A DNA stretch of 64,000 nt from Candidatus Nomurabacteria bacterium (GTDB lineage Bacteria > Patescibacteriota > WWE3 > UBA101185 > UBA10185). The DNA lies in the NCBI GenBank assembly GCA_020631855.1, contig JACKGU010000002.1, positions 298,615 through 362,614 on the forward strand, given 5' to 3'. The stretch's first letter is position 1. Each line of letters begins with the position of its first letter. Of this stretch, positions 49,096 through 58,350 are shown in pieces. Under the pieces are notes generated by a model. That model was not told the DNA's origin, did no database searches, and saw only the letters and a program-made list of their open reading frames with translations. A program made the translations under genes and the position numbers.

Positions 49096-49368
49096 TTATT
49101 TTCTAACAGCATCTCTCAAAGCTTTACCGGCTTTGAATGCAGCTATTCTGGTTGCTGGTATTTGAATAACAACCCCAGTCTGTGGGTTTCTACCTGCTCT
49201 TGCAGCTCTCTTCCTTGTTTCGAATGTACCGAATCCGGTAAGAGTTACTTTTTCTCCTTTTGCAAGTGCTTTGGTTATGATTGTTGTTAAAGCTTCTAAA
49301 ACTCTAGCTGCTTCAACTTTGGTCATGCCTTGTTGTGCTAATGCATTTACTATATCTTGTTTTGACAT
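49096..49368 (-). CDS. hup: DNA-binding protein HU
   Basis: 'GFGTFETRKRAARAGRNPQTG..IPA'. SD 'AGGGGG' lies upstream. Confidence 0.95.
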   Translation of the reverse strand: MSKQDIVNALAQQGMTKVEAARVLEALTTIITKALAKGEKVTLTGFGTFETRKRAARAGRNPQTGVVIQIPATRIAAFKAGKALRDAVRK

Positions 49369-49445
49369 CTTGCTACACCCCCTTTCAAATTTCTAAGTTA
49401 TTATCAACTAATTACTAAGAGACTTGTGCTCTCAATTAACAGAGG

Positions 49446-50237
49446 CTAGTCGCTGATTCTATCTAATCGACTAATCACCTTGCTATCAGTATCTATTATT
49501 ACACTTCTAAAAGCTTTTTTTCCAGTATTTTCCCACTCAAAGCGCTGATTTTGTGCAGTAAGATATTGCTGAATAATAATCTCTTTCTTTACACCAAGAA
49601 CGGAATCAATGTTTCCAGTCATTCCCGCATCTGTTACATACATCGTACCAGAAGGCAAAACTCTTTCATCACAAGTCGGAACATGGGTGTGAGTACCGCA
49701 AACAGCGCCAACGCGACCATCTAAATAATAAGCGAATGCTTGCTTTTCACTTGTTGCCTCGGCGTGAAAATCAATTAATGAAAATGCTATATCTAAGTTT
49801 TCTGTATCTGAAAGTATTTTATCGGCTAAAGTAAAAGGATCATCTGTATATGCCTGATTTCCCCCAAAAGAGGTTCTACCAATGAGATTTGCAATTAAAA
49901 CCGACCCGTTCCTACCTGTATCTAAAACCTTGTAGCCTTCTCCTGAGCATGTGCTTGGGTAATTTGCCGGCCTTATTAATGGAAATTCCTGAAAACAATC
50001 TTCGACTTCTTTTTGCCAGAAAATATGATCGCCCCCGGTAAAAAAATCTACTCCTGCATCCTGCATCTCTTTAAGAGTACTTCTAGTTACACCCTTACCG
50101 CCAGAGAGATTCTCAACATTTGCAATAACAAGATCTATGCTTTCTTTTACTTTAATCTCGGGCAGAATGTTGTTTACTATTTCTCTGCCAGGCTTGGCTA
50201 CAATATCGCCTATAAATAAAATTCTCATATTTTTCAA
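49446..50237 (-). CDS. ymdB: YmdB-like metallophosphoesterase (2',3'-cNMP phosphodiesterase family)
   Basis: 'MRILFIGDIVAKPGREIV', 'VIANVENLSGGKGVT'. It is adjacent to rny, as in Bacillus. Confidence 0.9.
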   Translation of the reverse strand: MKNMRILFIGDIVAKPGREIVNNILPEIKVKESIDLVIANVENLSGGKGVTRSTLKEMQDAGVDFFTGGDHIFWQKEVEDCFQEFPLIRPANYPSTCSGEGYKVLDTGRNGSVLIANLIGRTSFGGNQAYTDDPFTLADKILSDTENLDIAFSLIDFHAEATSEKQAFAYYLDGRVGAVCGTHTHVPTCDERVLPSGTMYVTDAGMTGNIDSVLGVKKEIIIQQYLTAQNQRFEWENTGKKAFRSVIIDTDSKVISRLDRISD

Positions 50238-50275
50238 TTTTGCATGCTACAAAAATAAGTGAGCATGAATCCCAA

Positions 50276-50458
50276 TCACGGCAGTAAGTTGTAGAGGCTA
50301 GATAAAAAATCGGCTCTATAACCTAAATAATACAACACAATTGCAATAAATAAAACAAATAACGTTGCAGTTATGCATCCTCTTATGATAGATTTCAAAA
50401 TTTTTGCTATAAAAACAAAAACGATAAAACCTAATATTATTAAATAAACGTAATACAT
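50276..50458 (-). CDS. Possible small 2-TM membrane protein
   Basis: The 60-aa ORF is hydrophobic and lies between rny and ymdB. Support is weak. Confidence 0.3.
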   Translation of the reverse strand: MYYVYLIILGFIVFVFIAKILKSIIRGCITATLFVLFIAIVLYYLGYRADFLSSLYNLLP

Positions 50459-50559
50459 ATTATCTTTTTAAATTACTTACTTTCTGCCTTTCCGGCGCAA
50501 GCACCGTTTTTCACTATGCTTGCGCCCCCTAAGGCCAATAACATAAAATAAACCAATCT

Positions 50560-52137
50560 CTACTTGGCTGTTTCTGTAAAACGAGTTTCTCGAATTACGG
50601 TAACTTTAACTACGCCGGGGTAAGATTGTTCTAACTCAATCTTTTTTGCAATCTCACGTGCCAACAAAGCTGTAGAATCGTCGTCTACTTTGGACGGGGT
50701 AACAAATATTCTAAGCTCTCTTCCTGCTGAAATAGCAAAGGACTTCTCTACCCCATCAAAAGACATTGCTGCTTCTTCCAGAGCCTTCATTCGTTGTACA
50801 TAAGCCTCGTAGTCCTCTGATCTGGCGCCGGGCCTCGCACCGCTAACATGGTCTGCCAAAGCTACAATTGCCGACTCGATTGAACTGAACGGTCTGTCTT
50901 CGTGGTGCTCAGCAACACAATTGATAACTCTCTCGTCAATTTTGTGCTTCTTGAGAAGATCAACTCCTAGCTGTACGTGCGTACCTTCTTCATCATTTAC
51001 AACTTTCCCTATGTCGTGAAACAAACATCCTAGCTTTACAACCTCAACATCTACCTTTAACTCATTAGCAATAGCGACACCTATTCTTGTTTCCTCAAGA
51101 GTGTGCTCAATCATGTTCTGTCCATATGAAAATCTGTACTTGAATCTACCTAACATCTGTACCAAATCTTTTGGTATATTGTAGACGCCAACTCTATGGC
51201 AGAGATTGTCGCCTTCTTTATACATAATATGCTCGATCTCTTTGGTGGTTTTCTCTACAATCTCTTCTATGCGAGAGGGCTGAATTCTTCCATCGGCAAT
51301 AAGCCTTTCAAGAGATACCTTAGCAATCTCTCTTCTAATAGGATCAAAGGACGATACGATAATTTCACCCGGTGAAGAATCCAAATCCAACTCGACTCCG
51401 GTGTATTCTTCAAAAGTTCTTATGTTTCTTCCTTCTTTACCAATTATCCTTCCTTTAATATCTTCGTCAGGAAGTTTAACTTTAGAAGTAGTGTGAGCTA
51501 CAACATAATCTGTTGCACCAAATCTCATGGCATCTACTAAAATTTCTTGCGCCTTCTCAACAGAGTCGCGCTTAATCTCTTCCTCTACTTCACGGATTCT
51601 TTTGCTTTTTTCTACAGCCAATTCTTTATCGAATACTTTTAATAGCTGCTCCCTTGCCTCTTCCCTAGTTAAAGAAGCTATCTTAGCTAATTTGCTTTGC
51701 TGTTCAGACTCTAAAGAGGCTAAATTATCTAGCTTCTTCTGAACCTCTTCTCTGTCGCTCTTTAGCTCATTTTGCCTATTCTCAATCTCTTTTTCCTTAA
51801 CTTCTACTGCAGCCTCTTTTTTAACGAGTTCGCGCTCCTTTAACTCCAAGGCTTGCTTTACCTTCATTGCATAATCTTGGGCTTCCTTTTTTATTTGAAG
51901 TGAGGAATCTTTAGCCTCAAGAATTATTTCTCGTGCCTTTGCACGAGCTTCCGACACCAAACTTGGTTTGTCGGAATCCTGAGAAGAATCCTGGTTATCT
52001 AAACCAGGCTCTAATTTTTTTGACTCTGCGGAATCATCGATACCCTGCTTTTTTTGTTTTACCGAGTAATACTGATAAGCCTTTATGCCAAGGCCAAAAG
52101 ACGATAAAACAGCTAGAATTAATATAATACTTTGCAT
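50560..52137 (-). CDS. rny: Ribonuclease Y
   Basis: N-terminal TM. KH domain 'GRIIGKEGRNIRTFE'. HD domain 'LFHDIGK'. SD 'AAGGAGG' lies upstream. Confidence 0.95.
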   Translation of the reverse strand: MQSIILILAVLSSFGLGIKAYQYYSVKQKKQGIDDSAESKKLEPGLDNQDSSQDSDKPSLVSEARAKAREIILEAKDSSLQIKKEAQDYAMKVKQALELKERELVKKEAAVEVKEKEIENRQNELKSDREEVQKKLDNLASLESEQQSKLAKIASLTREEAREQLLKVFDKELAVEKSKRIREVEEEIKRDSVEKAQEILVDAMRFGATDYVVAHTTSKVKLPDEDIKGRIIGKEGRNIRTFEEYTGVELDLDSSPGEIIVSSFDPIRREIAKVSLERLIADGRIQPSRIEEIVEKTTKEIEHIMYKEGDNLCHRVGVYNIPKDLVQMLGRFKYRFSYGQNMIEHTLEETRIGVAIANELKVDVEVVKLGCLFHDIGKVVNDEEGTHVQLGVDLLKKHKIDERVINCVAEHHEDRPFSSIESAIVALADHVSGARPGARSEDYEAYVQRMKALEEAAMSFDGVEKSFAISAGRELRIFVTPSKVDDDSTALLAREIAKKIELEQSYPGVVKVTVIRETRFTETAK

Positions 52138-52210
52138 TATGCCTCCTTAAAACACTGTGACGGTTCCTAAATAAACGAGTTAATGCAATATATCAGAAAT
52201 AGATAAAGGC

Positions 52211-52245
52211 TCTAAAAATTAAGCCAGTCTGCGCAAAGCTGGCGC
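52211..52245 (-). terminator. Candidate intrinsic terminator downstream of recX
   Basis: Minus strand 'gccag ctttgcgcaga ctggc' is followed by 'ttaattttt'. Confidence 0.3.
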
Positions 52246-52436
52246 TGTCGATACATGTAATAATCGATAGGTAAAGGCTTTATTAGATTTAGTTAATAAT
52301 TCTGATATTATATTCATGGCATTAAACTAGATTATAAATTTAGGCTTAGCGCCCGTCATAGATAAACTCTTATGCTATAGGTCTGTTTACTCTACTTTTG
52401 TAAACTTTCCCATGTATGATTCTAGTTCAGAATACC

Positions 52437-52946
52437 TTACCTGTCAATTAAATCAGCTATTAGGGCGTAATTGTACCCCTTGCCGGTTAGATAATTCACC
52501 AGCTTCTGCTTCTCCGAATAACGACCGCTAAGCTTTGAGATCAGAGTTGAAATGGCTTTTTTTTGCAGACCCGAGGTATAAAGATCGCTTAATATAGATT
52601 CAATTACTTCAAGAGAAACACCCCTATCGTATAAATAACGCTTAAGCTCAAGAGGACTCTTAGGGTTAGGGGAATTGGCGACCGAATTCACTAGATCTTT
52701 AAAGTATATGCTGTCGTTTAAGTAGTTTAAATTTTTAAGCCGATCAATCGCCTGCTTTATAACAACAGTACTTTTATCAAACTCGACATCATCGGATATT
52801 TTGACCCAATAAGCACTAAGTTTTTTTTCAAGCTCATAAGAGCTGTGAGGCCGTAGCGCTAAATAAGCTACGGCCTTATTGAAAATTTTAGCTTCAAGAG
52901 ATCTACTCCTCGATTCCATTTTCTTCTGATTCTTCGCCGGAAACAA
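52437..52946 (-). CDS. recX: Recombination regulator RecX
   Basis: '[19 protein letters not shown]' and helical repeats. Overlaps recA by 44 nt as called. Confidence 0.85.
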   Translation of the reverse strand: MFPAKNQKKMESRSRSLEAKIFNKAVAYLALRPHSSYELEKKLSAYWVKISDDVEFDKSTVVIKQAIDRLKNLNYLNDSIYFKDLVNSVANSPNPKSPLELKRYLYDRGVSLEVIESILSDLYTSGLQKKAISTLISKLSGRYSEKQKLVNYLTGKGYNYALIADLIDR

Positions 52947-53991
52947 GCTCTAAAGGAAGAGGTTTAGAGTCTTTCATTTTTGCTCGAATAGATTTTTCGA
53001 TTTCGTCTCTCACCTTTGTATTTTCCTTCAAAAATTGTTTAGCGGCTTCTCGGCCTTGACCTAATTTTTCACCCGCGTACTCATACCAAGACCCGCTTTT
53101 TTTTACAATATCCATCTCGACTCCAACATCAACAAGATTACCTTCTTTGCTTATGCCCTCATTAAACATAATGTCGAATTCTGCAGTTCTAAAAGGGGGA
53201 GCAACTTTATTTTTAACAACCTTAACCTTTGCTTTGATACCTATATCTTCAGTTCCCGATTTCAATGCCTGTACTCTTCTTATCTCAAGTCTTACAGAAG
53301 AATAGAACTTTAGCGCCTTTCCTCCTGGAGTAACTTCGGGGTTACCAAACATAATGCCTATTTTCATTCTCAGCTGGTTAGTAAAGATAACCAAACAATT
53401 AGACTTACTTACGGCCGATGTAATTTTACGCAAAGCTTGGCTCATCAAACGGGCCTGAAGTGCAACAAAACTATCTCCCATCTCACCCTCTATCTCTGCT
53501 CTTGGAGTTAAAGCTGCGACCGAATCTATAGCAATAACATCAACAGCATTAGAGCGGATCAAGGTTTCAGCTATTTCAAGGGCCTGCTCCCCGGTATCAG
53601 GCTGAGAAACAAGAAGATTATTTACATCTACACCTGTTCTCTCTGCATAGACAGGGTCGAAGGCATGTTCAGCATCTATAAGAGCTGCTGTGCCTCCCGC
53701 CTTTTGAACCTCGGCGATTATATGCTGCACTAAGGTGGTTTTACCTGAGGACTCCGGACCATAGATTTCCACAATTCGTCCTTTAGGCAGGCCCCCGAGA
53801 CCTAAGGCTATATCTAACGCGATTGAACCTGTAGGTATAACCTGTATATTTCTTTGAGGACTATTTTCACCTAGCTTCATAATTGAACCCTTCCCGTAAG
53901 ATTTTTCTATCTGAGCAAGAGCTGATTGTAGAGCAGAATCTTTATTTTTATCTGCAGTTGATTGGGCTGTTTGTGTATTTTGTTTTGGCAT
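52903..53991 (-). CDS. recA: Recombinase RecA
   Basis: '[13 protein letters not shown]' Walker A, '[14 protein letters not shown]'. Confidence 0.97.
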   Translation of the reverse strand: MPKQNTQTAQSTADKNKDSALQSALAQIEKSYGKGSIMKLGENSPQRNIQVIPTGSIALDIALGLGGLPKGRIVEIYGPESSGKTTLVQHIIAEVQKAGGTAALIDAEHAFDPVYAERTGVDVNNLLVSQPDTGEQALEIAETLIRSNAVDVIAIDSVAALTPRAEIEGEMGDSFVALQARLMSQALRKITSAVSKSNCLVIFTNQLRMKIGIMFGNPEVTPGGKALKFYSSVRLEIRRVQALKSGTEDIGIKAKVKVVKNKVAPPFRTAEFDIMFNEGISKEGNLVDVGVEMDIVKKSGSWYEYAGEKLGQGREAAKQFLKENTKVRDEIEKSIRAKMKDSKPLPLELVSGEESEENGIEE

Positions 53992-54063
53992 AACTATCCT
54001 TTAATTTAATTAAACTAATTGTATACTTATTGAACTTTAATTGTACGTTAAAATCTATCAAAA

Positions 54064-55524
54064 CTAGAGCCGGGCCAAAGCAGAATCTAACCTCCTTAAG
54101 GTTGTCTCTTTACCCAAAAGTTCTAATGTATCGAAAATCGGGGGAGTTGCAGTTTCCGAGGTCACTGCGGCCCGAAGAGACATAAAAACTTGCTTTGTTT
54201 TGTAACCGCCATTCGTCACATATGAGTGAGACAATTCATCTAAATCGGCGGAGGTCCATTTTTTTGGGTCAACGGCCTTGTATAAAGATAATAGATCTTT
54301 AATTATCCTTGCTGATTCGTCTCCTCCAAAAGAAACAATTAAGGAAGGGTCTACTTTTGGATCCGCATAGAAATAGTGCGTAAGCGGCACAAACTCTGAC
54401 AAAGTTTTCATTCGTTCGTGCACCAAGCTAAGTACTTCTAGATGATATTTTTTATCGGCTTGGGGCAGTTCAATCTCATGCTCTTGCGCCCAAGCAGCAA
54501 GTCTGAGCATGAGATCCTCGACGGACAAGGAGCGAATATAATGGCCGTTGTACCACAAAAGCTTTTCTCTATCCATTACAACTAAGTCGGTCTTTCCTAT
54601 TTTCTCTATTGTAAAATCTTTAATAAACTCATCGAGGGAATATATCTCTTTTTCGGTTCCGGGGTTCCAGCCCAAAAACATTACAAAATTCAATACTGCT
54701 TCTCTCAAATATCCCTGCTTTAGAAAATCCATTGCAGCAACAGCACCGAACCTCTTGCTGAGCTTTTTCGAAGATCCCAACTCTTTCAGCAAAGGCAGGT
54801 GAATGAATTTTGGAGTCCTGTCTTCCCAGCCAAAAAATCTATACAGTAAAATATGTTTCGGGGTTGAGGGAATCCAATCATTACCTCTAAGAATATGGGT
54901 TATGTTCATAATATAATCATCGACCACTACCGCAAAGTGGTAAGTAGGAAAACCGTCTCCTTTTATCAACACCTGATCGTCTATTTGATTAGAATCAAAA
55001 GTAATTTCGCCATAAACTAAATCATCGACTTTAATAAGTTCATCTTTTGGAACGTTGAGCCTAATAACATAGGGCTCTCCCTGATCTAGCTTTTTTTGAA
55101 CTTCTTCACTGCTTAGAGATAAACATTTTTTATCATATCTGGTAGCCGCCATACCTGACTTCCTCTGACCATCTCTTAATTCTTCTAAACGTTCTTTTGA
55201 GCAAAAACAATAGTAAGCATGTCCGCTATCAAGAAGCTTCTTTGCGTATTCCTTGTACAACTCTAATCTTTGAGATTGAATGTAAGGTTCGTAAGGACCT
55301 CCGACCAGGGGGCTCTCATCTCCGGGTATTCCGTACTTCTCTAAAACCTCAAGGGTTCGCTCCATAGAACCCTCTACATATCTATTTCTGTCAGTGTCTT
55401 CAACCCTAACGACAAAAGCTCCTGAGGTGTTTTTTGCCAAAGCATAGTTATATAAGGCTGTTCGAAAATTACCTAACTGAAACTCCCCAGTAGGACTTGG
55501 TGCTATTCTGGTACGCATTTTCAT
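54064..55524 (-). CDS. gltX: Glutamate--tRNA ligase
   Basis: 'RIAPSPTGEFQLGNFRTALYNYA', with an 'KLSKRFG' KMSKS-type motif. Confidence 0.93.
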   Translation of the reverse strand: MKMRTRIAPSPTGEFQLGNFRTALYNYALAKNTSGAFVVRVEDTDRNRYVEGSMERTLEVLEKYGIPGDESPLVGGPYEPYIQSQRLELYKEYAKKLLDSGHAYYCFCSKERLEELRDGQRKSGMAATRYDKKCLSLSSEEVQKKLDQGEPYVIRLNVPKDELIKVDDLVYGEITFDSNQIDDQVLIKGDGFPTYHFAVVVDDYIMNITHILRGNDWIPSTPKHILLYRFFGWEDRTPKFIHLPLLKELGSSKKLSKRFGAVAAMDFLKQGYLREAVLNFVMFLGWNPGTEKEIYSLDEFIKDFTIEKIGKTDLVVMDREKLLWYNGHYIRSLSVEDLMLRLAAWAQEHEIELPQADKKYHLEVLSLVHERMKTLSEFVPLTHYFYADPKVDPSLIVSFGGDESARIIKDLLSLYKAVDPKKWTSADLDELSHSYVTNGGYKTKQVFMSLRAAVTSETATPPIFDTLELLGKETTLRRLDSALARL

Positions 55525-55567
55525 AGAACCATTCTAACATAAAGCATACCGTGATAATATTATTATA

Positions 55568-56743
55568 ATGAATCTAGTGAAGGCTTCTGTAATTGGAAAA
55601 AGGCTCACAGTCATACTAGCGATACTGCTTGTACTATACATTCTATTCCTTATTACAAAACCTGCAGTTATTAGTGCTTTTTATTATGTCTTCCCGCCAA
55701 AAGATCTACCGAATCCAATTTTTGGAATGCTCGATCCTCTTGAGTTTGTTGAGAAACCGGTAGCAAATAATAATTTCTCTATAGAACTAAATACCAGCAA
55801 TGGAAGGCTTCCGGCCGGCATGCCGACCAGAATGAAGGTATACGAATTTGCGCCGGATTATTTCTCATATGAAGCAGGGCGAGCTGCTCAAGACAATGCT
55901 CAGAAGCTAGGTTTCACAGACGACGAGCTGATAACAGATCTTAAGGGGGATTTGTATTCTTGGAGAAGCAAAATATCCGGAGGAACACTTAATATAAACA
56001 AAAACACAAAGTCGCTTGAGTTAAAAACTCCATTAGTTGGAAAAAATATTATGTACAAAGCCCAGACTATAAGCTCCGGTTCAGCGGCTCAAGGAGCAAT
56101 ATCCATCCTTACCCAGATTAATAGATTCTCGGACCCTTTATATTCAAAAGGCACGAACACAGTAACATTCGGGAAAATACAAGGAAACAACCTAACTATG
56201 GCAACAAATAATACAGAGATCCAATTTGCTAGGGTTGACTTTTTTAGACAAATTGAAACAGTACCTATCCTAGGACCAAATCCTAAAATCGGTCTAATAA
56301 ACGTTACGTTAAGTGCTGCAAAAATCCAAAACACAGAAATGAACTACCCTTTCATGACAGCAGATGTGCACGAAATCATCCCAAACACAGAAGCGACCTA
56401 TCCAATAATTCCTATAGACGAGGCTTGGGCTGCCGTGGTGTCGGGTAAAGGAGTAGTAGTAAATGTAACGCCAAAAGGATCGTCCGTTTTTGATTCTACT
56501 ACGGCACCAAGAGTAGATAGAGCATTAATAGAAAATATATACATGGCTTACTACGAAACGCCCGAAAAACAGCAATATCTTCAACCGATATATGTTTTTG
56601 ACGGAAAATATAACATTGGAAACGCGCCGGGCGGAGAAATAACTATTTATTACCCGGCAATACAAGGACAATATATAAAACCGTTGGAAGCAATTCCCAC
56701 CACCCCGACTCCAATAACACAGCCAAGCTCACCCGTACAGTAA
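55568..56743 (+). CDS. Hypothetical secreted/membrane-anchored protein
   Basis: The 391-aa ORF has an N-terminal TM 'LTVILAILLVLYILFLI' and a Thr/Asn-rich ectodomain. Confidence 0.6.
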   Translation: MNLVKASVIGKRLTVILAILLVLYILFLITKPAVISAFYYVFPPKDLPNPIFGMLDPLEFVEKPVANNNFSIELNTSNGRLPAGMPTRMKVYEFAPDYFSYEAGRAAQDNAQKLGFTDDELITDLKGDLYSWRSKISGGTLNINKNTKSLELKTPLVGKNIMYKAQTISSGSAAQGAISILTQINRFSDPLYSKGTNTVTFGKIQGNNLTMATNNTEIQFARVDFFRQIETVPILGPNPKIGLINVTLSAAKIQNTEMNYPFMTADVHEIIPNTEATYPIIPIDEAWAAVVSGKGVVVNVTPKGSSVFDSTTAPRVDRALIENIYMAYYETPEKQQYLQPIYVFDGKYNIGNAPGGEITIYYPAIQGQYIKPLEAIPTTPTPITQPSSPVQ

Positions 56744-56809
56744 TACTGACAACCCTCAAGCATCGTTGCTTCGAACTATATCGAACTTAGTGACTAATTG
56801 TGAGTTTAG

Positions 56810-57850
56810 TTAAAATTTGTAACTAGATATAACCCATTCTAAAAGATTCTTTGTGTCAGTAAAACGATCTGAACTTCCCATAACGACAATCACAATGTTG
56901 GTGCTATCTTTATTATATTCATACACCAAAACCTCTCCCGCCCCGGCCGTCGTTCCTGTTTTGATGCCAACCGTACCTTCCACGTCAAAAAGGAGCTTGT
57001 TGGTATTAGTCATTATTACCTTCTTGTTGGAAAGGTATAAAACGTATTCTTTTGTTTGAACTATCTGTTTAAATAAAGTGTTTTTAGTCAGTTCAACAGA
57101 AAGGAGATATAAATCCCAAGCTGAAGAAACGTGATTTCCATTGGCGTCATCTAAACCAATAGGATTAGAGAAAACTGTATCGTCTAGGTTTAAAGAGGCA
57201 GCTTTAAGATTCATTAAATCAATAAATTTATCGTAGGTTATTAACTGCTCTCCTCCCAAAGTATTTACAAAACCGCTAGCCAATGCACATGCTGCGTCTC
57301 CCGAAGAGCTTACCAATAAACTAAAAAATAGATCGCGGACTGAAACATAATCACCGGCCTGAAAACCGGCCTTCTGATTATCTCCGCGAGTACAGGTAGC
57401 AGGCACAAGCAACATACTATCAAGATCATATAAATCATATGCAGTTAAAGCCGTCATCATCTTGGTAGTGGATGCAGGAGGAAGCTTCTGCATTGAATTT
57501 TTTTCGGAAAGAATGGTTTGGGTGTTCTTATCCACAATTATGTACGCCAAAGCACTGATTTCAGGCACTGCCGCATTATTTATTCTTTTTGGCAAACTAG
57601 ATTGAAAGAGTTGTTTGTCGCCAAAAGAGTAATTGTAGGCAGAGTTATAATTAGTAACTAATAAGTAATCCGTGATACGACCTATGGAGCCGCCTAGTGG
57701 AATGATAACGAAAACTGCAAAAAAAATTGCAAGAAGTAAAAATCCAAATCGAGAGAATTTATAGGTAGTATTCGAAGAATAGTTATAATCAAGAAATTTC
57801 AATGTAGAAAGCACTATAAGTATTGGAATTATAATGAGCTGCTCAAACAT
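56810..57850 (-). CDS. D-alanyl-D-alanine carboxypeptidase (peptidase S11, PBP5-like)
   Basis: SxxK 'ASTTK', 'SSGDAA', KTG 'KTGTT'. N-terminal TM anchor. Confidence 0.85.
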   Translation of the reverse strand: MFEQLIIIPILIVLSTLKFLDYNYSSNTTYKFSRFGFLLLAIFFAVFVIIPLGGSIGRITDYLLVTNYNSAYNYSFGDKQLFQSSLPKRINNAAVPEISALAYIIVDKNTQTILSEKNSMQKLPPASTTKMMTALTAYDLYDLDSMLLVPATCTRGDNQKAGFQAGDYVSVRDLFFSLLVSSSGDAACALASGFVNTLGGEQLITYDKFIDLMNLKAASLNLDDTVFSNPIGLDDANGNHVSSAWDLYLLSVELTKNTLFKQIVQTKEYVLYLSNKKVIMTNTNKLLFDVEGTVGIKTGTTAGAGEVLVYEYNKDSTNIVIVVMGSSDRFTDTKNLLEWVISSYKF

Positions 57851-57852
57851 TG

Positions 57853-58350
57853 CTATATGCTAAAATCCAAAATTTTAGGCTTTTCTATGACCATTAGTGA
57901 CTCGGGCTTCATAATAACCGATGCTGTATGAGCTCCGATGTTAAATGCTACAACTTCGTGCTCCAGCAGTTTAGAATCAAAATAACTATGAAGCCCCATC
58001 ACACTTCCAAACGGAGGTATGCTGCCTATAACTAGGCCGGTAAGATCTTCTACCTCAACGGGCGTAGCCAACCGAACATTTTCTGCCATAAACAATTTTT
58101 TTATCTTATTAAAATCTGCTTTTAAACTTCCGGGAAGAACAAACAGCGAGGGAACATCATCCACATATAATACTAATGCTTTAGCTCCGGAATCAAAAGG
58201 GGTTCCTCTTATCTTTGAAGCTTCTTCGGAGGTCCATACAGGCTCATGCTCAAACATTTTATACTCAACTCCGCTTTCCGACAGTAATTTTTTTATGGCA
58301 AGTAACACTTTTGAGTTTTTTATTACTTTTTTATCAGACATGCTTTTCAA
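57853..58350 (-). CDS. YbaK/ProX-type aminoacyl-tRNA deacylase domain protein
   Basis: The 165-aa ORF contains 'GAKALVLYVDD', 'GSIPPFG'. Confidence 0.7.
   Translation of the reverse strand: MKSMSDKKVIKNSKVLLAIKKLLSESGVEYKMFEHEPVWTSEEASKIRGTPFDSGAKALVLYVDDVPSLFVLPGSLKADFNKIKKLFMAENVRLATPVEVEDLTGLVIGSIPPFGSVMGLHSYFDSKLLEHEVVAFNIGAHTASVIMKPESLMVIEKPKILDFSI

Noticed and set aside
50486-50518. Hairpin 'ggcgcaagc-N15-gcttgcgcc' downstream of rny as an intrinsic terminator
   Set aside because: It has a 9-bp stem but no U-tract on the minus strand, and it is followed by further co-directional genes (a small ORF and ymdB). It is more likely an internal stem-loop or processing site, if anything.
53992-54063. 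LexA/SOS box upstream of recA
   Set aside because: I searched the 72-bp recA upstream region for CTGT-N8-ACAG, GAAC-N4-GTTC (Cheo box) and GTTC-N7-GTTC patterns. Only a non-palindromic 'GTATAC..TGAAC' was present, which is not a convincing operator.
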